Below are positions 23,115 to 36,100 of a DNA stretch of 64,000 nucleotides, one piece after another. A program made the position numbers and the translations under genes. Position 1 is the first letter of the stretch. Every line of letters starts with the position of its first letter. The notes under the pieces were generated by a model that did not search any database, was not told the origin of the DNA, and was given only the letters and a program-made list of their open reading frames with translations. This stretch comes from Octopus sinensis (taxonomy: Eukaryota): NCBI RefSeq assembly GCF_006345805.1, contig NC_043015.1, positions 42,594,001 through 42,658,000 of the forward strand. Reading direction: 5' to 3'.

Positions 23115-26100
23115 ATGGGCTTCTTTCAGTTTCTGTGACCAAATCTATTCACAAGGCTTTAGTTGGCCCAACGCTATAGTAGAAGACACTTGCCCAAGGT
23201 GCCATGCAGTGGGACTGAACCCATAACCATGTGGTTGGGAAGCAAGCTTCTTATCACAAGGCCGCTCCTGTGTCTATGTATGATCTTCAGACCATACCTG
23301 TGGTTTGTGTCATTTACTTACCTTTGTCTCACCAGCAATCGGAGCCACTTTACAAACTTTCTTCTTGCGCAAAGTATTAATAACGGAACTTTTCCCAACA
23401 TTTGGATAACCTATAAATCCAACACTGATTTGTTTTTTATTCGAATGGAGCTGGAAGCAAAAAAAAAGTAGAGTTAATACCTGTAATAGGTAGAAGGTAA
23501 GGTAGATAAAACAGCAGAAAATCTTGTTAGCAACAGACTAAAATATACATGGCTCAGTGGTTAGAGCATCGAGCTTACAATCGCGAGGTTGTGAGTTCGA
23601 ATCCTGAACTGGGCTGCGTGTTGTGTTCTTGAGCAAGACACTTTATCTCACGTTGCTCCAGCTGTAGAAATGAGTTGCGACACCACAGGTGCCAAGCTGT
23701 ATCGGCCCCTTTGCTTTCCCTTGGATAGCACCGGTGGTGTGGAGAGGGGAGGCTGGTATGCATGGGCGACTGCTGGTCACCCATAAACAACCTTGCCCAG
23801 ACTTGTGCCTTGGAGGGTAACTTTCTGGGTGCAATCCCACAGTCAGTCATGACCGAAGGGGGTCTCAGCAGCACCAGCAAAATATACATGTATAAATATA
23901 TCTACGACATATATGGAAAACCGGTGTGTGTTTGTTTGTGGTGTTGTTAGCTAACTCCCCCTACATTGTATAATTGATTTTGATGAAACTTGACATGTGA
24001 GTAGAACTCATGTCTGGAAACCTCATGACGAAAAATGTAACAAATTGTTTCATAACTTAAAGCATGTAAAGATAATTTATATTATTACATTCAATAATAG
24101 ACAAATTACTGACAATGTCTGCATTAATGTTTTGTAGGATGATACATTCAGGAGCTCTTTTATGAGTTCTATTGGATCACTTGAATTGATATATTGTGAC
24201 GGGCGAAGGACCCCGAGGGCCCTATTATGTTTTGTGCGAGTGGCACGTAAAAAGCACCATCCGATTGTGGCTGTTTGCCAGCCTCGCCTGGCACCTAAAA
24301 AGCACCCACTACACTCATGGAGTGGTTGGTGTTAGGAAGGGCATCCAGCTGTAGAAACATTGCCAGATCAGACTGGGGCCTGGTGCAGCCACCTGGCTTC
24401 CCAGACCTCAGTTGAACCGTCCAACCCATGCCAGCATGGAAAGCAGACGCTAAACGATGATGATGATGATATATATATATATATGTATATATGTTATTGT
24501 TATACTTGGGGATGGTCATCTTTTGCTGATTAAACACACACACTGTTTATTTGATCTTCACTTTGTTTTTTATTTATATTATTTTTAGTTTATATGTCTG
24601 TCAAAGTTCCTTTGTCACACATCCTGTGACACATGGGACAGAGAGCCACTGATGCTGGGGAAGCCTACTTCTTAATCACACAGCCATGCTTGCTTATGGA
24701 AGCACTCCGTCGGTTCCGACGACGAGGGTTCCGGTTGATCTGAATCAACAGAACAGCCTGCTCGTGAAATTAACGTGTAAGTGGCTGAGCACTCCACAGA
24801 CACGTGTACCCTTAATGTAGTTCTCGGGGATATTCAGCGTGACACAGAGAGTGACAAGGCCGGCCCTTTGAAATACAGGTACAACAGAAACAGGAAGTAA
24901 GAGTGAGAGAAAGTTGTGGTGAAAGGGTACAGCAGGGATCACCACCATCCCCTGCCGGAGCCTTGTGGAGCTTTAGGTGTTTTCGCTCAATAAACACTCA
25001 CAATGCCCGGTCTGGGAATCGAAACCGCGATCCTATGACCGCGAGTCCGCTGCCCTAACCACTGGGCCATTGCGCCTCCCATGCTTGCTTATACAAAAAC
25101 AAAGAATATTTTTCTGCTATTTTCAAAATGCAATAATTACCAAAACAAAGGGATATGAAATATAAAATGTTTTTCTTTTCTTTCTAACCTTTGCAAACTG
25201 TCGTAGCAAATTAATAAATGCTCCTTTTCCAAAAGCGTTGGTAAGGCTTGCATGGAACGCCATGGTAGGTTGGGCTTCTGACAAAATAGTCACCCATTTT
25301 TGCTGTCAAAAGAAAAGTACATAAAATATACCTTCAGTATAAATATTAACACACACACAAAAATTTTTTTAAAATAACAGATACTAGCACTATGACCTGG
25401 GATATATACAAGCAGCTAAGCCCGGTTTCACTTGGTCTGTTTGGATGATGTGGCTGTGATCGTTTTCGGTAAGGCATAATCTATAACAGCGTTTCTCAAC
25501 TTTATCATTTCGAGTCCCCTGTTTCGATTGGAGCCTCCAGATGTATGAAAATTTCTTTTAGAAAAGTTTTAATCGATTTTCTCGGTAAGTATGTGGGCTA
25601 GGAAAAAACAACAAACCGCATTCCAATCTATGCACCCGTCTCTACATGTGTGCCATTTTTCACACGAATCCACCCAGCCGTTTGGCTGTGAACCTCAGGA
25701 CAAGAAAGAATACAACGATCGCCCATGTCCAATTTATATTATAGATATCTGTGTCGGTGGCACATAAAATCACCCACTACACTCTCGGAGTGGTTGGCGT
25801 TAGGAAGGGCATCCAGCTGTAGAAACACTGCCAGATCTGACTGGCCTGGTGCAGCCTTCGGGCTTGCCAGACCCCAGTTGAACCGTCCAACCCATGCTAG
25901 CATGGAAAGCGGACGTTAAACGATGATGATGATATGTATATATATATATATATATATTATATGTCTCTGTACGTATTGGGAAGTCTGACTGTTAACTTAC
26001 CGTAACCCAAACTGGAACAAGGTCGACTTTGTTCAAAATAAAAATCAACTGCTTGTGAGGTTTCTCTTTTTTAAGGTATTTTTCAATTTGATAACATCTT

Positions 26101-29100
26101 GTTCCTAAGGGATCTCGGGCATCTAAAACTTGGACAAGGACATCTGAAGAATCAATGACCTGCACAAGAAAAAAAAGGTGAATAAATAAAGAAAACATAA
26201 AAATAATATTTGTAAGTTTTTAAAATATTTAACCAAAATTGGTAAAAAATGATTGAAATATAATTTTTAAATTTTTAATATCCATAGGGACTGGTACTCG
26301 GGTGTTGCCAGTGCTGCTGGACTGACTCCTGTGCAGGTGGCAAGTAAAGAAACACCGTTTCGACCCTGTGCTTGAGGAGACCTATTGAGTCAATTACATC
26401 AACATCAAAAATCAATGGAAATTGTAGTTGTGATCCCTGTGCCGGTGGCACGTAAAAAGCACCACCCGAACGTGGCCAATGCCAGCGCCACCTTGACTGG
26501 CTTCCATGCCGGTGGCACATAAAAAGCACCAACTGAATGTGGACATTGCCAGCCTACCCTGGCACCTGTGCTGGTGGCACGTAAAAAGCACCATCCGAAC
26601 GTGGCCAATGCCAGCGCCACCATGACTGGCTTCCATGCCGGTGGCACATAAAAAGCACCAACTGAATGTGGACATTGCCAGCCTACCCTGGCACCTGTGC
26701 CGGTGGCACGTAAAATGCACCACCCGAACGTGGCCAATGCCAGCGCCACCTTGACTGGCTTCCATGCCGGTGGCACATAAAAAGCACCAACTGAATGTGG
26801 ACATTGCCAGCCTACCCTGGCACGTAAAAAGCACCACCCGAACGTGGCCAATGCCAGCGCCACCTTGACTGGCTTCCATGCCGGTGGCACATAAAAAGCA
26901 CCAACTGAATGTGGACATTGCCAGCCTACCCTGGCACCTGTGCTGGTGGCACGTAAAAAGCACCATCCGAACGTGGCCAATGCCAGCGCCACCATGACTG
27001 GCTTCCATGCCGGTGGCACATAAAAAGCACCAACTGAATGTGGACATTGCCAGCCTACCCTGGCACGTAAAAAGCACCACCCGAACGTGGCCAATGCCAG
27101 CGCCACCATGACTGGCTTCCATGCCGGTGGCACATAAAAAGCGCCAACCGAATGTGGACATTGCCAGCCTACCCTGGCACCTGTGCCGGTGAACGTAAAA
27201 TGCACCACCCGAACGTGGCCAATGCCAGCGCCACCTTGACTGGCTTCCATGCCGGTGGCACATAAAAAGCGCCAACCGAATGTGGACATTGCCAGCCTAC
27301 CCTGGCACCTGTGCCGGTGAACGTAAAATGCACCACCCGAACGTGGCCAATGCCAGCGCCACCTTGACTGGCTTCCATGCCGGTGGCACATAAAAAGCAC
27401 CAACCGAATGTGGACATTGCCAGCCTACCCTGGCACGTAAAAAGCACCACCCGAACGTGGCCAATGCCAGCGCCACCATGACTGGCTTCCATGCCGGTGG
27501 CACATAAAAAGCGCCAACCGAATGTGGACATTGCCAGCCTACCCTGGCACCTGTGCTGGTGGCACGTAAAAAGCACCCACTACACTCAGAGAAAGAGAAA
27601 GTTGTCATGGAGATACCTGCTCAGAGGTCTATGCAAAATTGCAGAAAGTGTATGCCAGCTTGCTGCCTTTTTTTGTAGTTGAGCAATTAGAAACAGAAAG
27701 ATACGCTGGCTGTGAAAATAATCTTTTGCTCCACCAACAAAAAACAACCTTGACCATAGTGCAAGCAGGGATAATGTGTATGTTGGATGGAACCTACACT
27801 CACCTCCTTATGAGAGCTCAAAATCTCTCGTGGAAGCACCATCCAACCAAAATGCAAATATATGGGAAATTACCACCTGTGTCATCTCTTGTGAAAGGTA
27901 GGAGAGTCCAGTTTGTTGTAGAGCTGAAAAAGAGGTAATTTCTACTCTTCTCCTCTGGAAGCCATCTACTCGCAATACCAGAGTGCGCACACTCTCCTAC
28001 CCTGATGTAATCTCCAGGGATACAGGCATCCAGCAACAGGACCTCCGTAATGCTATGATGGACCGTGAAGTCTGGCGTAACATAGTAAATTCCATTGTCT
28101 CGACCACAGTCGAACAATGATGATGATGAAAGTGTATGTAACTCAAATAAAACCATAAAGCAGATATTACTTGCAGAAACACCTAAAACTCCAAAATATA
28201 CATCAGGGGACCGATTGTACTCACTTTATAGAGTTCGTTCCAGATACGTTTCGATTGTCCCGCTTTGAACACCATTTCAATGGCTTCATCACGGACACCA
28301 TCATATTCAACCATTAAATCCATGTCTTTCTGGGGATTATACTTCTCTGCAGATTCTTGGACAAGTTTGCTTAAATCCTACGGATGGAGAAAAAAAAAAA
28401 AAAAGATCAAATTACAAATTTAAAATGAAATTTTGCATTTCGAAGATATTTTATGTCCAGCTGGGGGGGGGGGCATATGCCACAAAAACAGGGAAACTGG
28501 GCCCATGAACCTGGCTAGGCTTGAAAAGGGCACATAAATAAAAAATAAAAGAACTTTATGTGAAATCCAATTAGGTTCTAACAGACACTTCCCCACATTT
28601 ACTTCAACAGACAAAAATGCAATCTCTCTCTCTTTTATTCTTTTACTTGTTTCAGTCATTTGACTGCGGCCATGCTAGAGCACCGCCTTTAATCAAGCAA
28701 CTCGACCCCCAGGACTCATTCTTTGTAAGCCCAGTACTTATTCTATCGGGTCTCTTTTTGCCGAACCGCTAAGTGACGGGGACATAAACACACCAGCATC
28801 GGTTGTCAAGCAATGCTAGGGGAACAAACACAGACACACACATTTATATTTATATATATACATATATAAATGGCGTTAGGAAGGGCATCCAGCCATAGAA
28901 ACACTGCCAGATCTGACTGGGCCTGATGAAGCCTTCCAGCTTCACAGACCCCAGTTGAACCGTCCAACCCATGCTAGCATGGAAAACGGACGCTAAATGA
29001 TGATGATGATGATGATGATATATACGACGGGCTTCTTTCAATTTCCGTTTACCAAATCCACTCACAAGGCTTTGGTCGGCCCGAGGCTATAGTAGAAGAC

Positions 29101-32100
29101 ACTTGCCCAAGGTGTCACACAGTGGGAATGAACCCGGAACCATGTGGTTGGTAAACAAGCTACTTACCACACAGCCACTCCTGTGCCAATCGTGTAGATA
29201 CAATGGAACTTCCAATTTCTTTCTACACACACACACACAAAAAAAAGCAGATTTTTTTCAAAAATTATACAAAACATACCAGTATGGAACACAGACATGA
29301 AATAGTAATGATGATGATGATGTACAAAACATGAGTTACCTCCAAATTGTCAACTTTGATTTTCGGTCTTTTGCGCTGAGCTTTCTTTCCAAATGTCACA
29401 GCGTAGCTCTCGGTATCCAAAAGATGAGGTCGAGCATACTGAAAGGCAAGAAACGGTGAAATAAATACTTTAAATTTAACATCTGCCACTCCAGCATCCT
29501 TCTCTTGTCTACCATCTTGGTTCATGCCTGTCTGTGAGCCTCTGCCTCTTGCACACCTGTATCCTCATTGCCCCATCAACCATTTCCTCCCCTAACACCC
29601 ATACTTCTCTATCACCTGAGAGCAAGAAAGCACATGCTTTATCAATCACCATCAAGTGCCGAAAAGGAACTTTCTTATCTTCCATTTTAAAGGGATACAG
29701 AATTAACACAGGTTATAGGAACATAAACCTTCTTCCACGAAAAGATAGCTTAAACTGTGCTCTGATTGGAGGTGTAGTCAAATCCTATTTTATGGACTCA
29801 ACCATGTTCTAAATTAAGTCGAAAGGTAAGCTACTATAATTTGGCATGAACTTTCCGGACAACCCAATACAACTAATGATGCTATTGACAACAAAATGTA
29901 AAATAAAGATAAATCAATAAAAAATTTTTTAAATGGTCTACACACTTTGGCAGCTTCATTCAGTAGGGAAACAGGAAGTTTACTCTGTCTCATAACCATC
30001 TTGTAAGGGTCCTTCTTAACTTTCTCCATCTCCTCTTGAAATCTCTGCAGTGCATTCTGGGTAATCACCCGGGTATTACCTGTACAGCAAAAAAAAAATA
30101 AATAAATGATGAGTAAACTTCGTTACAGAAAAAAAAAAAAACCTCTTACGTCAAAATGTAATTTACCTTCACACAGTTTTATATTCTTTTATTTGTTTCA
30201 GTCATTTGATTGCGGCCATGCTGGAGCACTGCCTTTTAGGCGAACAAATCGACCCCAGAACTTATTCTTTGTAAGCCTAGTACTTATTCCATCAGTTTCT
30301 TTTGCTGAACACACCACCATCGGCTGTCAAGCGATGGTGGGAGGAAAAAAACAGACACACATACATATATATACGACGGGCTTCTTTCAGTTTCCATCAA
30401 CCAGATTCACTCACAAGAGAATTTGGTCAGCCTGAGGCCATAGTAGAAGACACTTGCCCAAGGTACCATGCAGTTGTTTCAGTCATTTGATTGCGGCCAT
30501 GCTAGAGCACTGCTTTTAGTTGAACAAATCGACCCCAGGACTATATTCTTTGTAAGCCTAGTATTTATTCTACCTGTGTCTTTTGCTGAACCATTAAGTT
30601 ACAAGGACATAAACACACCATCAGTTGTCAAGCGATGGTGGGGGACAAACACAGACATATAAACACATACATATATATATCAGGGATAATCGATCAATGG
30701 AAATTGCAGCTGAGGTGCTGGTGGCATGTAAGAGAACCATCCGAATGTGACCTTTGCCAGCGCCGCCCCGACTGGCCTCGTGCCGGTCATGGCCGTTGCC
30801 AGCCTCGCCTGGCCCCCATGCCGGTGGCACATAAAAGGCACCAACCGATCGTGGCTGTTTGCCAGACTCGTCTGGCACGTAAAAAGCACCCACTACACTC
30901 ATGGAGTGGTTGGCGTTAGGAAGGGCATCCAGCCATAGAAACATTGCCAGATCAAACTGGGCCTGGTGCAGCCTCCTGGCTTCCCAGACCCCAGTTGAAC
31001 CGTCCAACCCATGCTAGCATGGAAAGCGGATGCTAAACGATGATGATGATGTGCCACTTGGGTAGGCAAGGCAGGCAGTGCCTACCCTGAATAAAATAGC
31101 TCGATAATAACATTTTCTTTTTATGGCAGCAATCACCGTACACATGTATGTATAGGCGTAGCTGTGTGGTTGAGAAGTTCATTTCCAACTCACTTGGGTG
31201 AGCGTTTTCTATTATAGCCCTGGGCCAAGCAACGCCTTGAGTAGATATGATAGATGAAAACTGAAAGAAGCCCACTGTACATGTGTGTGCTTGTGATGAT
31301 GATGTGCTTTGTCTTGACATCCTGGCATTGTTATAAATTAGAGGATTTACAGTTTCTGAGAGAAGGCATGGGTCCAAGTTCTATTGTGTTGATGTTTAAG
31401 CAACCGTTCCATTATGCCATTCCATCATGGAAGACTAGAATGAAAGGTTTACGGTCAGGCAAGTTCATCTCCGGCCCTGGTTTGATGAATTACTTCATCC
31501 TTCACCTGAAAGGAAGATAGGGCTGGAGAGAAAATGCCTGACTAAGAGAGTGTACGAAGAACGATGGAAGGATGTAGCACGAAAGTTGCCAGTGGATGAT
31601 ACCACATAAATGTAAAACTAGACGAAACCAAAGTATCAGTGGGGAGGTGGGGCTCGTGGGGTCCGAGCTAAACCCGCTCCCACTCCATCCGTAATGTCTT
31701 CCGGTCTGTTCTCCATTCGATTTTATATTTGTATTTTATTGAATTTTTAAACTCATCTTTGTGTAACCCCATTCGTATATCTGACCCCACATCAGATTGT
31801 ATTGTCCCCTCTATGTTCGCCCCTTGTGGGTAATAATAAAACCATTCCATTATGCCAGAAACTTTCCTTAATCATCATCATGATCATCATTTAGCGTCTG
31901 TTTTCCATACTGGCAGGGGTTAGATGGTTTGACTGGAATTGGTAAGCCAGGATCCAGTCTGTGTTTTGGCTTCGTTTCTATGGCTGGATGCCCTTCCTAA
32001 TGCCAACCACTTTACAAAGTGTTTCAGGTGCCTTTAACATGTCACCAATTTCTTTACTACCCACAAGGGGCGAAAATACAGACAAACGGATTAAGTCAAT

Positions 32101-33131
32101 TACATCGAACCCAGTGTGTAACTGGTACTTAATTTATCGACCCTGAAAGGATGACAAACCAAGTCAACCTTGGCGAAATTTGAACTCAGAACCTAACGGC
32201 AGACGAAATATCACAAAGCATTTCGCCCGGCGTGCTAACGTTTCTGTTAGCTGGCCGCCTTTGACACCAATTACCAGATTGAAAGAGTACTGGGGTCGAT
32301 ACCAGACTAAAAACCTCTTGAAGAAAAGCATAACAAAACAAAACAAAGGGAGCAGGGAAGGTAAGAGCACAATGTATTTACCAAACCATCTTCTGTTTGG
32401 TTCCACACGAGCAACAGTTCCAGATTTTAACCAAGTTTGAAACGGTGCTGGCCGCAAGATTTTTCCTGCACTGTCTCTGTAAAAAATAATAAAAGAATTG
32501 TGATTAGAATGCATGTTCTTCTATGTGCCTCGTAAAATTAAAGTATCGTTATTATTATTATTAGTATCATCATAATCACCATCATCATTATTATTAGTGA
32601 GGGAGCACTGCATGCCATCAAAGTGACACTGGGGTAAAATATACGAAGCCCAGTACACCCATCATGACTACCCATCTGATAAGGGATAAAGGTAGGCACA
32701 TGCATCACAACCATATGTGCGCGACATGGTGATCTCATATCAAGATAAACAACACATGACCTTGCAGGTGGGACCCAGTTAGAATTCTGTTCTGGTCGAG
32801 TAGCCCATTCCGCTCAAAATGGTCCCTGAATAAGGATTATTTAAAGATGTTGAACGAACCACCCATGTTTCCATATTTCAGAGATGTTTGACCTCATAAC
32901 TGGCACGAACTGATTAGATTTGGGGATCAATCAGGTACCGGACAAGGATTCTGGATTATTTTTCCTTTTTATTTTTTTTACCTAATTTTTGATAGGTCAG
33001 GTTCATTGTTTGTATTCTTGTTTGAAAGAACATTTAAATTTATTTAAGATATTCTCATTTTAAAAATCACCTCCGGCTAATCACTGAAAGGATGTTAGTG
33101 TTGCTTCAGCGGAGGTTTGCGCTGAGTGCTC

Positions 33132-33165
<34 letters not shown>

Positions 33166-36100
33166 GGTGGTGAAGTCAGCAAGCCAGGAAAAATGCTTAG
33201 TAGCATTTCATCTATTCTTCCGAGGTTGACTTTGCTTTTCGTCCTTTTGAGGTAATGAAATAAATACCTGTAGAACAGTGGGTTTGATGTAATCAACTTG
33301 CCTATTCCACAAATTTTCATATAAACATATATATATTATATATACATGAATGTATGTGTGTGTGTGTGTGGTAGATAGTTAAACTAAGAGAATTTGAGTT
33401 AATACTCAGCCTCGTGCTAAGAACACCATCCAAGCATGATCGTAACCAGAGCGGCTAACTGGCTTCCGTGCCAGTGGCATGTGTAAAAGATTCGAGCGAA
33501 GTCGTTGCCAGTACCGCCTGACTGGCCCCCGTGCCAGTGGCATGTAAAAAGCACTTGCTACACTCTCGGAGTGGTTGGCGTTAGGAAGGGCATCCAGCTG
33601 TAGAAACTCTGCCAGATCAAGACTGGAGCCTGGTGCAGCCATCTGGTTCGCCAGCCCACAGTCAAACCGTCCAACCCATGCTAGCATGGAAAGCGGACGT
33701 TAAACAATGATGATGATGATGATGAAGTCATACTAATTTCACGAAGCCTACAAAAAGGAAGTAATTAATGTTACCTTTTTGGTTTGTAATTTCTGTACAT
33801 TTGGAGACGTTTAATGGTGGTCCGGTCCCTCATGTTATGTCCACCATGCCCTTCAGATTTGGGGCGATCTGGAAAAAAAAAAAAAAATAAATAAACAATG
33901 GGAAAACATGAAATTAGGAATTAACAGCTTATATGGAAATTTAAGAAAATATGATCTGTTGAAATAGCAATTTGTGGTTTTAGGTGTAAGGTCTTGTAGC
34001 TGTAACTGGTCATGAAAGGTACTGGATCATCAATTCACAGGTTGTAAGTTCAAATCCTTCACAAACATCATCATCATTTAACGTCCGCTTTCCATGCTAG
34101 CATGGGTTGGACGATTTGACTGAGGTCTGGCAGAGTTTCTACAGCTGGATGCCCTTCCTAACACCAACCACTCCAAGAGTGTAGTGGGTGCTTTTACGTG
34201 TCACCGGCACAAGCGCCAGTTTGGTGGTACTGGCATCGGCCACGCCCAAATGGTGCTTTTTATGTGCCACCTGCACAGGAGCCAGTCCAGCGGCACTGGT
34301 GACGACCTCACTCGTGCCACCAGCACAAATGCTACCATTATTTCTCTAGGCAGGACTTGACAATTAACCCTTTTGATATTAACACATCTGAGACTCTCCC
34401 AGCTTCTACAATACAGTCATCCTGTTTTGAAGTGATACAAATTCAAACTTTCCATCAGAATTTCCTGTTAATTTATGTCCAAAACACCAGTTTCATAATC
34501 CTTTGTCCAAAACACCAGTTTCATAGGCAGAGGGCCTGAAATTTGGGGGTGAAGGGGTCTAACCGATTACATCAACCCCCAGAGCTCAACTGATACTTAT
34601 TTTATCTAACACCAGAAGGATGAAAGGGGACCTTGGCAGAACTTGAAGACAGAAACGTAAAGAAATCGAACTTGGTGTGAAACTATAAATTTACCGAATA
34701 TTCTCCAAGTGGTTGGTGATGGAGCAGAGATAGTGTAAAATCGAGAGGGCCCTTTGGCTTTCTTCAAGACATGATCTAGTGTGCTGGTTTCACAATAAAG
34801 TACACCCAATGCAGTCTGTAAAGTGATCCAGCTGAGAAACTATAGCAAAAACGAAACATATGTGTTGGAGAGTAACTTTGAACAAAAACTGCTGGGCCAG
34901 AGGATATACGGCTTGTATATAAATAATAATACCATTGCTCAACTCAAGAAGGCATGGAACTAATTTTGACGTCCACTTTCCATGTTTGCATACGTCAAAA
35001 TATATTGTAGAACTGGATGCCCATCCTGTCGCCAACCCTCATCCGTTTCCAAAGAAAGTAATATTTTTTCCTTGACCAGACTGCCGGCATCAGTTGTTAG
35101 TTATCGGAGCACTGCATCCTTCAAAACTTCCATGCTTCCTGAGATTCGTCAACACTACACCTGATTTTCTGATAATGTCGTTATATCTATACTCCACAAC
35201 CCACGAAAATACCCAAAGTGAAATGTCTTGATTTGGTCGAGTTATATCGAAAGAATACCAACTTTGGTCAGCCAAGAGTTACTAGCACTTCTATCTCTTG
35301 TTAATTATTTCCAAATAAGGTTCCATACCATTTAACAAACTCATTTGTCAGTATCATCGTCATCATCCCTGGATATTACTGTATTGAGTCCTACGATTAC
35401 CTGGAATTCATGGTGTAGAAGTGACCGAGATCACAACATTCACCCTGAATGGGATGCCAGTCCATCGCAGGTTTACTCGTCAACAGGTGACCCGACTGGA
35501 GCAACTCTGCTCCAGAAAAACGACGAGCCACCTGGTCCGCGAACCGAAACCACGATCCAACGATCTCCAGTGCAACACTCTAACCACAACTAAGACACGC
35601 ACCTTCACTGCCGTCATTTGTGAAATGATTAAGTTGAAGAAATATGAGAAACCACATGTAAAATATGTCAAGTTATTTAGTGGGGGGGGGGGTAAAGTGG
35701 AGTGGCGATCTTGCATTAATTCCTATTTTCCTTTTTCTCAAAAGCAATGAAAAATCGAATATCAATAACTAAATACATAGAATCGACACAGAGATATAAA
35801 TTTCTTTACTAAATCTTTTCTCCTTTGGAAGCGAATAATGTTTTATCTTCATGTACATGTTCTAATAAGTCACACAATATATATTTCTTTACTACCCACA
35901 AGGGGCTAAACACAGAGGGGACAAACAAGGGACAGGCAAAGGGATTAAGTCGATTGCATCGACCCCAGTGCGTAACTGGTACTTAATTTATCGACCCCCG
36001 AAGGGATGAAAGGCAAAGTCGACCTCGGCAGAATTTGAACCCAGAACGCAACGGCAGACGAAATACCTATTTCTACTTCTTTACTACCCACAAGGGGGCT

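Noticed and set aside
26405-27608. Long repetitive ORFs (332, 287, 135 and 103 aa) and a CRISPR-like look
   Set aside because: Products of a 114/129-bp retroposon-derived tandem repeat inside GNL2 intron 6. There are no unique spacers, no cas genes, and the context is eukaryotic.
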